64,000 nucleotides of DNA from Nannocystis bainbridge (GCF_028368995.1 NZ_JAQNDL010000001.1:3584001-3648000), one strand, 5' to 3'. Positions 22,333 through 32,364 are shown, numbered from the stretch's first letter. Program-made: numbers and translations. Notes: generated by a model not told the origin, from the letters alone.

Positions 22333-22666
22333 ATCGAGGCGGCCGCTGCTCGCGTCACGCGACCCGACCGCCCCGACGCGAACGGTCACGCCGCCTCGCG
22401 GCACGAACCATCGGCGCGACGCGGCCCGCTGGCGCTCGCGCCATCGCCTGCCGACGCTCGCCGCCGCCGCTCGTCCGCCGCGATGCGACGCGTCACCGCT
22501 CGCTCCCCGGTCCGCTCCGCAGCGATCGCAACCTCGCGTCACGCTCGACCGCGACGCCGCGCTGAAACGACGCGACCGCACCGCTCGCGCCTATCGCGAC
22601 ACTCGCGGCCGCGTCATCGCTCGCCCGCCGCGCCCGCCCGCGCGGCGAGCCTGCTATCGTCGGCGC

Positions 22667-23713
22667 ATGGGCGAACGCCTCGAGGTCCTGAGCTCGCGTC
22701 ACTTCCCCGGCCTGCTCGCCGAGCTCGGCGTCAGCCTGGCGTTCACCACCTACCAGGCTGGCAAGCTGTTCCTGCTCGGCAGCGGCGAGCACGGTCGGCT
22801 GTCGCTGTTCGAGCGCACCTTCGCCCGCTGCATGGGCCTGTGCGTCGACGGCGACTCGCTGTGGCTGGCGACGCTCTATCAACTGTGGCGCCTCGACAAC
22901 GCCTTGCCCGCGGGCCAGACCCACGACGGCTACGACCGCCTGTACGTGCCGCGCGTCGCCCACACCACCGGCGACCTCGACGTGCACGATCTGGCGATCG
23001 ATCGCGCCGGCCGCCCGGTGTTCGTCAACACCCTGTTCAGCTGCCTGGCCACCCTGGCCCCGCGCGCCAGCTTCGCCCCGCTGTGGCGCCCGCCGTTCAT
23101 CTCGCGCCTGGCCGCCGAAGACCGCTGCCACCTCAATGGCCTGGCGCTGCAGGACGGCAGCCCTGCGTTCGTCACCGCGGTCGGCCGCAGCGACGTCGCC
23201 GACGGCTGGCGCGACCATCGGCGCGGCGGCGGCGTGGTCCTCGACGTGCGCACCGACGCGGTCGTCGCCGAGGGCCTTTCGATGCCCCACTCGCCGCGGC
23301 TGCACGCCGGCGCGCTGTGGCTGCTCGAGGCCGGCACGGGCTTCCTCGGCAAGCTCGACGCCGCCGGCAAGTTCGAGCCGGTCTGCTTCTGCCCCGGCTA
23401 CGCCCGCGGCCTGTGCTTCGCCGGCCCGTACGCGATCGTCGGCCTTTCGAAGCCTCGCGGCAGCCGCACGTTCGCCGGCCTCGAGCTCGAGACGAACCTG
23501 GCCGCCCGCAACGCAGAGCCCCGCTGCGGCCTTCTGGTCGTCGACACCCGCACCGGCGAGGTGGCCCACTGGCTCCGCCTCGACGGGGTGGTCGAGGAGC
23601 TCTACGACGTGGCGGTCCTGCCCGCGGTCCGCCGCCCGATGGCGCTGGGCCTGATGACGGAGGAGATCCACCGCACGATCACGATCGCCGACCCGGCCCC
23701 GCTGCGCCCGTGA
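22667..23713 (+). CDS. TIGR03032 family protein (predicted beta-propeller)
   Basis: SLAFTTYQAGKL, TGDLDVHDL, FVNTLFSCL, EDRCHLNGLA, LSMPHSPR, CPGYARG. Confidence 0.85.
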   Translation: MGERLEVLSSRHFPGLLAELGVSLAFTTYQAGKLFLLGSGEHGRLSLFERTFARCMGLCVDGDSLWLATLYQLWRLDNALPAGQTHDGYDRLYVPRVAHTTGDLDVHDLAIDRAGRPVFVNTLFSCLATLAPRASFAPLWRPPFISRLAAEDRCHLNGLALQDGSPAFVTAVGRSDVADGWRDHRRGGGVVLDVRTDAVVAEGLSMPHSPRLHAGALWLLEAGTGFLGKLDAAGKFEPVCFCPGYARGLCFAGPYAIVGLSKPRGSRTFAGLELETNLAARNAEPRCGLLVVDTRTGEVAHWLRLDGVVEELYDVAVLPAVRRPMALGLMTEEIHRTITIADPAPLRP

Positions 23714-23732
23714 TGCGTGTCCGACGAGGAAT

Positions 23733-24004
23733 CACATGTCCCTTCGGACATGTCTGTCGCACCGCGTTCCGCAGCTCGCGGTCGCCGGCTCGCTCGCATC
23801 GTCTTGCGTGTTCGGCAGCGACGGGCCGGTCGCGTCCCGCCACCGAACGGCGAGCGTCGCATCGCCACACGGCCCCGACGGTCCACGCCCTTCGTCACCG
23901 AGGCTGCGAGGAGCGGGCCATTCGCCGCCGTTGACATGACCTCCGAGACGCAACCCGGAGCAACCGTCGGACGACGCACGCCCCCATGTCCCTTCGGACA
24001 TGTT
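23733..24004. repeat. Two identical catgtcccttcggacatgt palindromes at the two ends of a convergent intergenic region
   Basis: CATG pairs at 23735/23749 and 23985/23999. Confidence 0.85.
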
Positions 24005-24010
24005 CCATCA

Positions 24011-25762
24011 TCACGGCTGCGCGCGTTCGCAGGCCAGCAGCGCCTCGAAAGTCGCCCACGCCTTGCCGCCGCGCGCCTTGAGCCGCCCCGCGAGGACCCG
24101 GTTGGCCAGCGCGCGCACCAGCCGCTCGAGCCGCGCGCTGCGGACCAGCAGCTCCGCGACCTCCGCCTGGACCGCCCCGACTGCGGCCCCCGCCGCCTCG
24201 AACTCCGAGTACGCCGCGCTGCCGGTCAGCGCTGCCTCGATCTCGGCGCGGTGATGCTTCAACGTCGACGCGAAGTCGGGGTGCCACGGATCGTCGAGCA
24301 CAGGGAAGCGCGCCAGCAGCTCGGCCGCCACCGCGCGGTAGGCCGCGTCCTCGCGCTCGCTCGCCGCCCCGAGGCGCCCGTACGCCTCGTCCATCGCTTT
24401 TAATAAAGTTTGTTCGAGGTCGGCGGCGGCCTCGGCCTCGCGGCCCGCGTAGCCGAGCTCCGCCGTCAGCGCGGCGATCACCGCGTCCTCCTCGACCAGC
24501 GCCGCCGGGCGCGACTTCCCGCGGTTCGGCGCCGCCGCCCGCAGCCACCGCTCCGAGGTCGTCGTCGGCACGTCGATCCCCTGCCCGGCGATCCGCGCTC
24601 GCGCGTGCGCCTCGAGCGGCGACACCTTGCCGTCGCCGTCGAGGTCGAGCTGTGCCACTGGCAGCGGTTGACCCGCGCGATCGCGGCCGCGCAGCGCATT
24701 CAAAAAGTGCAGCGCGTAGCCCTCCTGGGCTGCGCGATCGGGGTTCGGATCGCAGCCCGACGCCTCGCGCTCGGCCGTCGCCGCGAACAGCCCGCAGCGC
24801 AGCGTCGCCGCCGGCCCCACCGCCGGCTCGCCCTTTTTAAAAAGGGCATCGGCGAACGCGCCTGAAAAGCAGCTCGTCGCCACGATCTGCACCGGGCGTT
24901 CGCCCGCGTCCAGCGCCTCGGCAAGATCGGCCACCTGCAGCGACGTCTGGCCCCACAGCCCGAGACCGCCGTGGCGCGGCGTCTCGCCGCGCTCGCCGTG
25001 GCCCGCGAGGTACAGCCGCAGCAGCGGCCCCGGCTCGGCGACCGCCTGCTTCACCGCTGCCAGCGCGTTGGCCCGCGTGGCCGCGGCCAGCGGCGACAGC
25101 TGCGTCGGCCGATAGCTCGCCTCCCGCCCGCCTCGCGGCGCGAACAGCTGCGCCAGCCTGGCCAGCAGCGGATCGCCGCGCGCCTCCGCGTCCTCGACCT
25201 GCACCCCGTGGCTGCCCGGCCCGCCCGCGAACAGCAGCGCACCACCTGTCCCGAAGACCTCTTTTGCGAGCAGCAGGTCCTGCTCGATCGACACCTGATT
25301 GAACTCCGGCGTCGCACCGCCGCCGATCGCCAACCAGCGCAGCGAGGGCAGCGGCGCCGGCAGCTCCCCATGCACCGGCCCGACCCCCAACGGCGATGAA
25401 TCACTCCCTCGCGGCACTGCGCCCGCGCCGTCACCCGCCGCATTCGTGCTCGTGATGTCCGGGCTCACCGCGCCCGCGCCGTCACGCGCCGCATTCGTGC
25501 TCGTTATCCCCGCACTCACCGATTCCACGCCCGCCACGCCCAGCCCCGCATCGGCGTGATTCGCCACGCCCACGGTGAGGCTCGAGTGCATCGCGCTGCC
25601 CGCCGCACGCGACCTCGCATCACTCGCCTGCGTCGCAGCCTCGTTCGCGCTCGCCGGGCCTGCATCCGCGGCCGCGCTCGCTGGCGGCGGCGTGCACGAG
25701 CCCATCAGCCCCGCGACCGCCATCGCGGCCACCGCCACCCTGCCTCGCCTCGTCCGGCTCAC
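24011..25762 (-). CDS. Lipoprotein with caspase/clan CD-like peptidase domain and EF-hand-like motif
   Basis: Lipobox MGSC; LYLAGHG and ATSCFSG (His/Cys dyad); DLDGDGKVSPLE; 51-bp internal duplication near 25419-25521. Confidence 0.7.
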   Translation of the reverse strand: MSRTRRGRVAVAAMAVAGLMGSCTPPPASAAADAGPASANEAATQASDARSRAAGSAMHSSLTVGVANHADAGLGVAGVESVSAGITSTNAARDGAGAVSPDITSTNAAGDGAGAVPRGSDSSPLGVGPVHGELPAPLPSLRWLAIGGGATPEFNQVSIEQDLLLAKEVFGTGGALLFAGGPGSHGVQVEDAEARGDPLLARLAQLFAPRGGREASYRPTQLSPLAAATRANALAAVKQAVAEPGPLLRLYLAGHGERGETPRHGGLGLWGQTSLQVADLAEALDAGERPVQIVATSCFSGAFADALFKKGEPAVGPAATLRCGLFAATAEREASGCDPNPDRAAQEGYALHFLNALRGRDRAGQPLPVAQLDLDGDGKVSPLEAHARARIAGQGIDVPTTTSERWLRAAAPNRGKSRPAALVEEDAVIAALTAELGYAGREAEAAADLEQTLLKAMDEAYGRLGAASEREDAAYRAVAAELLARFPVLDDPWHPDFASTLKHHRAEIEAALTGSAAYSEFEAAGAAVGAVQAEVAELLVRSARLERLVRALANRVLAGRLKARGGKAWATFEALLACERAQP

Positions 25763-25852
25763 GACCCGCCGACGATACGACCTCCCGCGGTCCGGCGAAA
25801 GCCGGCGCCCGGGCGTCTGCGGCGCGAATTCACCGGTTCCCGCGATCCATGC

Positions 25853-25883
25853 TTGACTCTCCAGCTACGGGAGGCTCCACGGT
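25853..25883 (+). promoter_or_regulatory. MerR-type promoter/operator
   Basis: TTGACT, 19-bp spacer containing the dyad CTCC-agctacg-GGAG, then CACGGT; directly before the MerR gene. Confidence 0.75.
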
Positions 25884-25889
25884 GTCGCC

Positions 25890-26819
25890 ATGGTGAACGA
25901 GCGAATCACGATCGGCGCGCTCGCGCGTCGGTCGGGCGTGCCGGTCAAGACCCTGCGCTTCTACTCCGACGAGGGGCTCCTGCCGCCCGTCGGGCGGACG
26001 CACAGCGGCTACCGCGTCTACGCCGAGGACGCGATCGTGCGGCTCGACCTGATCCGCACCCTGCGCGAGGCCGGGCTGGCGATCGCCGCCATCAAGGCGA
26101 TCCTCGCCCGCGACATGACCCTGGCCGAGGCCCTGCGCCTGCGGCTCGGCGCCGTCGAGGCCCACATCGCCTCGCTGCAGCACATCGCCGCGGCCCTGCG
26201 CGCCACGCTTCGCTCCGAGCCTGAACCTGCAGACATCCGGAGGTTGAGTACCGTGACCCGAATTACCAGTGACCAACGCAAAGCCATCATCGAGCGCTTC
26301 CACCAGCAGATCTCCGAGGGCGTGCCGATTGACGACACCTGGAAGCGCCAGGTCATGCAGGCGAGCACGCCGACCCTGCCGGAGGTGCCGACGCCCGAGC
26401 AGCTCGACGCGTGGATCGAGCTGACGGAGCTGGTCCAGGACGAGGCGTTCGTCGCGACGATGCGCGCCGCCGCGGCCGAGACCTGGAACTCCGGCTTCGA
26501 CGCCGTCGTGCACCAGCGCGTCAGCCACGAGGCCCACGCGGCCGCCCGCGAGCTCATCGCCCGCGGCGTCGCCCCGACCGACGCCGCCGCCCGCGCCGTC
26601 GTCGACCGCATGGCCGCCGGCCTCGCCGCCGCCCGGGGCGAGCCCGACACGCCCGCCTGGCGCGCCACCCTGCACGAGAAGAGCCGCGGCCACGACCCGC
26701 GCACGACTCGCTACTGGCAGCTCGCCGCCATCCTCAAGGGCGAGCCGCTCCAGGGCGGTCCGGGCGAGGAGTGGCACTGGCTCAACGCCGCCGTCGCCCA
26801 CCAGCTCGCGCCGGACTGA
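25890..26819 (+). CDS. MerR family transcriptional regulator
   Basis: TIGALARRSGVPVKTLRFYSDEGLL...RTHSGYRVY. Confidence 0.93.
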   Translation: MVNERITIGALARRSGVPVKTLRFYSDEGLLPPVGRTHSGYRVYAEDAIVRLDLIRTLREAGLAIAAIKAILARDMTLAEALRLRLGAVEAHIASLQHIAAALRATLRSEPEPADIRRLSTVTRITSDQRKAIIERFHQQISEGVPIDDTWKRQVMQASTPTLPEVPTPEQLDAWIELTELVQDEAFVATMRAAAAETWNSGFDAVVHQRVSHEAHAAARELIARGVAPTDAAARAVVDRMAAGLAAARGEPDTPAWRATLHEKSRGHDPRTTRYWQLAAILKGEPLQGGPGEEWHWLNAAVAHQLAPD

Positions 26820-26825
26820 CTCGCG

Positions 26826-26908
26826 GGACATGTCCGATCGGACATCGACGCCTTCACGCGGCCCTTTCGGCCGCGTGACCGAGCGGACATGTCCTTGAAG
26901 ACATGCTC
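26826..26908. repeat. 14-bp-period CATG palindrome pairs
   Basis: CATG 26829/CATC 26843; CGTG 26874/CATG 26888/CATG 26902. Confidence 0.85.
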
Positions 26909-27554
26909 ACTCCTCGCGCGCCACCGACGAAGCGATCAGCACCTGCGCAACCCAGTAGAGCACCATCAACAGCACCTCGACCCCGAGCGACCAGGCGATG
27001 AAGCGGTTGACGGCGATCAGCGTGTCGCTCAGCGCGAACGCGATCGCCCCGGCCAGCCCGGCCCACGCGCGGCCCTCCTGGCCCGGGCGTTCGCCGACCT
27101 GGGCGGCCGCGCGCCACATCATCGCGCAGATCACGATCACGTAGGCCAGCACCGGCCCGCGCAGCTCGCCGAGGTTCGGCGCCAGCCAGCCGTACACCGA
27201 CCAGCCGAACGCGACGATCGGCGCCAGCCGCAGCAGGTGCAGCGCGCGCGTGCGGCCGACGAACGCGGCCACGTAGGCCACGTGGGCCAGCAGGAACGCC
27301 GCCAGCCCGGCGATGAACAGGTCGATCGCCTCGGCGAGCAGGATGTCGCCGAGCAGCGAGAGCACGAGGCCCGCGCGGAGCCGCCTGGCATCGGCGCCGC
27401 GCACCGGCCACAGCCACGCCAGCACGCACAGCACCGGGATCGGCTTGAGCAGCAGGCAGGCGAGCTTCCACTCGGCGATCAGCGCGACGAAGAACAGCGC
27501 CGCGGCGACGAGCCCGACGCGCACCAACTGGACCGACCGGCGAGACACGCGCAC
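26907..27554 (-). CDS. YhhN-like lysoplasmalogenase family membrane protein
   Basis: LKPIP, SLLGDILL, GLAAFLLAHVAY, FALSDTLIA; start approximate. Confidence 0.88.
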   Translation of the reverse strand: MRVSRRSVQLVRVGLVAAALFFVALIAEWKLACLLLKPIPVLCVLAWLWPVRGADARRLRAGLVLSLLGDILLAEAIDLFIAGLAAFLLAHVAYVAAFVGRTRALHLLRLAPIVAFGWSVYGWLAPNLGELRGPVLAYVIVICAMMWRAAAQVGERPGQEGRAWAGLAGAIAFALSDTLIAVNRFIAWSLGVEVLLMVLYWVAQVLIASSVAREE

Positions 27555-27645
27555 GAGGATCGCCGAGCCCGCGCCCGCACGCGAGCCCGAAGTTGACCCG
27601 GCGCGAATTCGCCCGACTCGAACCGCGAAGACCGGGCCTGACCCA

Positions 27646-27909
27646 TGGCCTGTCCTGAGGGACAGGCGTCCCGACGCGAGCCCGACTTCCCGTGTTGGCC
27701 TCTCCGCCGCCCATCCCATGTCCGAACGGACAGGCAGCCAGGGCGAGCCCGTTCACCCCGGCCTATGGCCTGTCCAAACGAACCGGTGCGGTGAGCCGAC
27801 GTGCCGGGCGATCAGCCCCTCGCGCCGCTGCCCCCGACCTGTCCGAACGGACAGGCGACGAGAGGCGCCGCCCCTCCGCCGCCTCCCATCACATGTCCGA
27901 AAGGTCAGC
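27646..27909. repeat. Cluster of five TGTCC-N4-GGACA-type palindromes
   Basis: cctgtcctgagggacagg (27649), catgtccgaacggacagg (27717), cctgtccaaacgaaccgg (27769), cctgtccgaacggacagg (~27838), catgtccgaaaggtcagc (27892). Confidence 0.8.
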
Positions 27910-30900
27910 TCAGTTCGGCGCCGGTCCGAGGTGCAGCGAGAACTTCGTGTGCAGCGAGCGCGCGTCGGGGCCGGCTGCGTCCGGCTCCTTGTCGAACGAC
28001 ACCTCGCCGCGGACCGCCGTCAGGCGCTGCATCAGCCGTTCGATCGGCGAGCCTGCGATCGGCAGCGGCGGGAACGACGGCGCGATCGTCGAGCCCTGCA
28101 GTGGGTCGGCCGCGCCTTCGGGGCGGAGCGTGAACTCGGGCGTCCCGTGGGCGTTGAGCGGCGCGAACCCGAAGTATTGCAGCCCGAGCTGCGCCAGCCC
28201 GCTCGTCGACTGCGTCGCCTGCGGGTCCCCGCGCAGCAAGATCTCCGCCGAGCGCAGCGCCGAGCTCCCGGCCACGTTCGCCTGGCCCTGCAGCGTCCAC
28301 AGCAGCGCCGTCCACAGCGGCGCCCCCACGGCCGTGCGCGTCTGCACCACGAATTGCGGGTCCGTCGCCGCCCCGGCCTTCGGCAGCTTGCCGTCGAGCA
28401 GGTCGTCGATCATCCGCGTCACCGTCGGTCGGTCGAGGCCGACCACGATCGCCGCCCCGGTCTGCACGTAGTGGATCGCCGCCGCGTCCGCGATCGCCTT
28501 GTCGGGCAGCAGCGGCGCGCCCGGACTGATGCCGACGCGCACGATCGGCAGCTCGCGGTGGCGGGCCACCTCGCCCCACTCGACCATGCCCGGCGCCACC
28601 GACTCGATCGTGGTCCTGAACGCCGCCAGCGTCGCCACCAGCATCGTCGGGTTCTTGACCTCGGCGATCGCGTAGACCGGGAACTTGCCGACTTGCCGCC
28701 ACAGCTCCTGGTCCTCGAACGCGCTGCGCGAGCGCTTCGGCGGCAGCTGCGTCGTGTCGTCCCACTGCGACAGCATCCCGACCAGGCCCGCGCGGTCGTC
28801 GACCCCGAGCATCACCCAGTCGCCGAGCCAGCCGAGGCCGACATCGCCCTTGCCGGTCAGCGTGCGCATCAGCTGGTCCATGTCGCGGCGCAGCCCGCTG
28901 TCCTGGCCGACCGCCCACACCGCCGACAGCCCGCGCTCGCCCGCCGTCACCGACACCCGCGACTTGCCGACCACCCCCTCGATCTCGCTGTAGTCGGTCG
29001 CCGAGATCAGCGGCAGCACGCGCACGTCGACGTCGGCCAGCGAACCATCGGCCGCGTCGCGCACGTCGAGGCGGATCGCCACCGGGTCGATGAACTGCCG
29101 CCAGTAGTTCTGATAGCCGAGCGCGAAGTTGTCGTAAGCGGTGCGCTCCTCCTCGCTGACCTTCTCGACCGCCGGCAGGTCGATCAGCGGCGTGAGGGCC
29201 GCGGGCGAGCCCCAGGTCGAGCGCGCCCCCTGGCCCGGCGCGAACGCGATCGCCTCGCCGCCCGCGTGCTTGAGCTCGTCGGCCGCCAGCAGCCCGGCGG
29301 CGATCAAACCTTGCGTGTCCTTCGGGGCATGTCCGAACAGCCAGCCGTGGAGCAGCGCCGCGTAGCCGGGCACCAGCAGCTCGGCCAGCGCCTCCTGGCG
29401 GCGGGCGGCGAGCAGCTTCTGCTGCGGGCCGACGACCGCGGCGATGAACTTGTCGCTGAGGAACGCCAGCGCCTGGTGCGTGCCCGGGTCGCGCGCCAAC
29501 ATGTACTTCAGGTCAGGTTCATCCGCGAGCCGGGGCGCCTGACCCTGCGCCGCCGCGAGCACCCGGGCCAGCGCGCCGGGGCTGTTGGACACGAACGCCA
29601 GCTCGCCGACGCGGGCGCGGTGCTGGTTCACCAGCCCGGTCGGGTCGGCCGCGCGCTGGACATCGACCCCTGCCAGCTTGACCGTCGTCGCCTCGATCCC
29701 CGCGATCTCGGCGCGGAAGCCGTCGAGCTGGCGCGTCAGCTCGGCGTCGAACACCTCCGCCTGCTTGAGCGTGAAGATCAGCGTCACGTCGGTGCCCTCG
29801 CGCAGGTACGGATCGCTGCCGACGATCGCCACCTCGCCCACCACCGTGTGGCCGAACAGCTTGGCCAGGTCGCTGCGGCGCAGCCCGAGCTGTCGCTGGT
29901 AGCGCGCCGTCAGCCCGCGGTCCTCCGGGTTCTGTTGCAAGATCTGCACGACTGGCGTGATCCACGTGTCCGCCTCGTCGAGCAGGCGCAGCAGCAGGCG
30001 CACGTCGTCGATCCGCGCGTACCAGAACTCCGCCGGCGTCGCCGCGGCCAGCGGCTCGGCCGCGCCGCCGTTCGGGTTCGGCAGCGCCGCCTGCATCGCC
30101 GCGAACGGGTGAGCGGCCAGCGGCGGCGGCTTGAGGTCGGCCAGCGCGACCTTGCGCGGACCTTCCTCTCGGGACAGGCGCAGCCCGCGGTCGTGCTGCA
30201 GCGCCTCCTGCATCGACATCACCCCGGTGGTCGTGTCCATCAGCCGCGACAGGTCGGTGCGCGGTGGTTGACGGCTCAGCAGATCCGACCCGCCCAGCGC
30301 CTTGGACCCCGGCTGTCTCTTGAGCCACGTGGCGATCCGCCCGGCCGCGAATTGCTTCCACGGGTGCGGCTCGTTCCACGTGTCGCCGAGCGTCTGCACC
30401 ATCGCCTCGGCCCAGCGCACTTGCAGCCCGGCGTCGTCGGCCTGCTTCGGCGCACCCGCCCCGGCGAACGGCACCCGCACCCAGTCGTTGCGCCCGTCCT
30501 GCCAGCGGCGGGCGTAAAACGCCCCGCGCAGCGACGTCGGCGCGGCCGGCGATTTCGGCCGGCGGACCTGGATCACCGCCTCGCTGGCCCCGGTCCCGCT
30601 CGCCATCACCGCGACGTGGCCGGGGGTGTTGCCCTCGAGCTCGACGTGCAGGCGGTCCCAGTCGAGCGACAGGTCGTCGCCGACGATCGGCACCCGGACC
30701 TCGACGTACTCGACCTCGCCCTCGACCCGGTAGGCCGCGATCGCGCCCTGCAGCTCGGCGTGCTCGAGCGGCGCGCGGGTGCCGGTGCGCAGCGCGGGCA
30801 GCGGGTCCGGCGGATCTTCGGCGCGCACCGTCGGCGCCGGCGTCCCGACCTGCTCGTTCGAACCTGTCTCTTCGGACTTGTCCTTGCCGCAGCCGGCGAG

Positions 30901-30954
30901 CATCAGCGGCGCGGCGAGGAGCGGAGCGAACCAACGGAGGGCGGGGCGACGCAT
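27910..30954 (-). CDS. Large lipoprotein of unknown function
   Basis: Lipobox LAGC; ~1014-aa ORF with coding bias. Confidence 0.8.
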   Translation of the reverse strand: MRRPALRWFAPLLAAPLMLAGCGKDKSEETGSNEQVGTPAPTVRAEDPPDPLPALRTGTRAPLEHAELQGAIAAYRVEGEVEYVEVRVPIVGDDLSLDWDRLHVELEGNTPGHVAVMASGTGASEAVIQVRRPKSPAAPTSLRGAFYARRWQDGRNDWVRVPFAGAGAPKQADDAGLQVRWAEAMVQTLGDTWNEPHPWKQFAAGRIATWLKRQPGSKALGGSDLLSRQPPRTDLSRLMDTTTGVMSMQEALQHDRGLRLSREEGPRKVALADLKPPPLAAHPFAAMQAALPNPNGGAAEPLAAATPAEFWYARIDDVRLLLRLLDEADTWITPVVQILQQNPEDRGLTARYQRQLGLRRSDLAKLFGHTVVGEVAIVGSDPYLREGTDVTLIFTLKQAEVFDAELTRQLDGFRAEIAGIEATTVKLAGVDVQRAADPTGLVNQHRARVGELAFVSNSPGALARVLAAAQGQAPRLADEPDLKYMLARDPGTHQALAFLSDKFIAAVVGPQQKLLAARRQEALAELLVPGYAALLHGWLFGHAPKDTQGLIAAGLLAADELKHAGGEAIAFAPGQGARSTWGSPAALTPLIDLPAVEKVSEEERTAYDNFALGYQNYWRQFIDPVAIRLDVRDAADGSLADVDVRVLPLISATDYSEIEGVVGKSRVSVTAGERGLSAVWAVGQDSGLRRDMDQLMRTLTGKGDVGLGWLGDWVMLGVDDRAGLVGMLSQWDDTTQLPPKRSRSAFEDQELWRQVGKFPVYAIAEVKNPTMLVATLAAFRTTIESVAPGMVEWGEVARHRELPIVRVGISPGAPLLPDKAIADAAAIHYVQTGAAIVVGLDRPTVTRMIDDLLDGKLPKAGAATDPQFVVQTRTAVGAPLWTALLWTLQGQANVAGSSALRSAEILLRGDPQATQSTSGLAQLGLQYFGFAPLNAHGTPEFTLRPEGAADPLQGSTIAPSFPPLPIAGSPIERLMQRLTAVRGEVSFDKEPDAAGPDARSLHTKFSLHLGPAPN

Positions 30955-30989
30955 TCGCCGCACTGTATCAGGGCGCCCGCCGCCTCACC

Positions 30990-31559
30990 TCACCAGCGGA
31001 CCCGATAGACGCAATTCGCTCCGCCCCGAGCCCGACACTCGCCGGGCTCGTGCTCGACCTCCACATCGGTCACGAACCGCGCGGCGAACCCTGCCACCAG
31101 CCCCATGTCGAAGCGGCACGGGTAGGGCGTGTCGCAGCACATCCGGGCCTCGCGCTCGTCGACGCGCTCGTAGTGGTAATGGCCGATGCCCTCGGTCATC
31201 TCGCCGGTCGCGAGATCGAGCATGACGACGCCGTCCCGGCTGTGATTGAGGTGATAGGTCGCGTCGAGCCCGGAGAGCACGGTGTGGGGGTCGTCGATGC
31301 CCGGCGGGAACGCGACCAGCGGCGGGACCTGGCGGCCGAACCGCTCGAGGCCGCGGCTGCCGAGCACGAGGTCGACCTTTTGATAGGCGCGGAGGATCCG
31401 CTCCTGGGGGTACCACGCCTGCGGGTCGACCGCGTCGACGCCGAGCGCCTCGAGCATCGCCTTTTGCAGCACCGAGAACGACTTGAGGACCTCGATGAAC
31501 ACGCTGGTCGTCTGCCCGAACACCGTGATGTCGGGGACCATCGGCTGGTAGGAAGTCAC
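30990..31559 (-). CDS. V4R/HNOB-like small ligand-binding protein
   Basis: WYP, FPPGI, YHLNH, GHY, CDTPYPCRFDMG, CR..G...C.Y.V.W; GTG overlaps the STAS gene stop. Confidence 0.75.
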   Translation of the reverse strand: MTSYQPMVPDITVFGQTTSVFIEVLKSFSVLQKAMLEALGVDAVDPQAWYPQERILRAYQKVDLVLGSRGLERFGRQVPPLVAFPPGIDDPHTVLSGLDATYHLNHSRDGVVMLDLATGEMTEGIGHYHYERVDEREARMCCDTPYPCRFDMGLVAGFAARFVTDVEVEHEPGECRARGGANCVYRVRW

Positions 31560-32254
31560 GGCGACCTCCGGGCCGTCGCGCGGCCGAGGTGGGTGAAGCA
31601 GGCCTTGAGCCCGTCCTTGAGGGTCGCGAGCGTCGGCGTGCGGCCCATGTCGATGCCGAGCTCGGTCATCGCGTCGGCGATCTGCGGGCTCAGCCCGGTG
31701 ATGACGCAGAAGGTCCCGACCAGCCGCGTGGTGGCGACGAGGCGCAGGAAGTGGCCCGAGGTCGCGTCGTCGATCCGCTCGACGCCGGTGAGGTCGATGA
31801 TGACGCAGCGGGCCCGCGCCTGCGTGACCCGCTCGAGCAGCGCGGCGATCATCTCGTCGGCCCGCCGCGCGTCGACCAGGCCGACGACCGGCAGCGCCAG
31901 CACGTCGTCCCACAGCTCGACCACCGGCGTCGACATCGTCCGGAGCGCCGCCCGCTGCTCGTCGATGGTCGTCAGCTGCGACTCGAGCTCGCGGCGCGAC
32001 AGCTCGAGCTCGCGGATCGTCTCGCGGTGCTCGCGGACGGTGAGGTCGAGCTGCCGCGCGAACAGGTTGATCGTCTCCTCGAGCGCGCCGAAGCGGTCCG
32101 GATGGACGAGCGGCAGCAGGTCGGTCGCGGGGTCGAATTCGTCGAGAGAGATCGAGGCGAGCAGGTCGTGGATCCGCTCGATCCGCGGGACCACGACCGC
32201 GACCGCCTCGGGCGCAGGGTCAAGAGCGTCGTCGGTGATACGTCCTCCTGGCAT
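31556..32254 (-). CDS. RsbR-like STAS domain protein
   Basis: MSTPVVELWDDVLALPVVGLVDARRA, IIDLTGV, ITGLSPQIA; start uncertain. Confidence 0.88.
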   Translation of the reverse strand: MPGGRITDDALDPAPEAVAVVVPRIERIHDLLASISLDEFDPATDLLPLVHPDRFGALEETINLFARQLDLTVREHRETIRELELSRRELESQLTTIDEQRAALRTMSTPVVELWDDVLALPVVGLVDARRADEMIAALLERVTQARARCVIIDLTGVERIDDATSGHFLRLVATTRLVGTFCVITGLSPQIADAMTELGIDMGRTPTLATLKDGLKACFTHLGRATARRSP

Positions 32255-32364
32255 CGCTGCCGGGCCCGGGAGGATAACCGAGTCGCCGATCCACGAAACA
32301 GGCATGCGAATGCAGCGATGGTGGCGGCCGGGCCGCGCGCCGGACGAGACCGCGCGAGACCTGG

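Noticed and set aside
22340-22660. Structured ncRNA in a GC-rich intergenic region
   Set aside because: Only generic cgcg pairing; no recognisable RNA family
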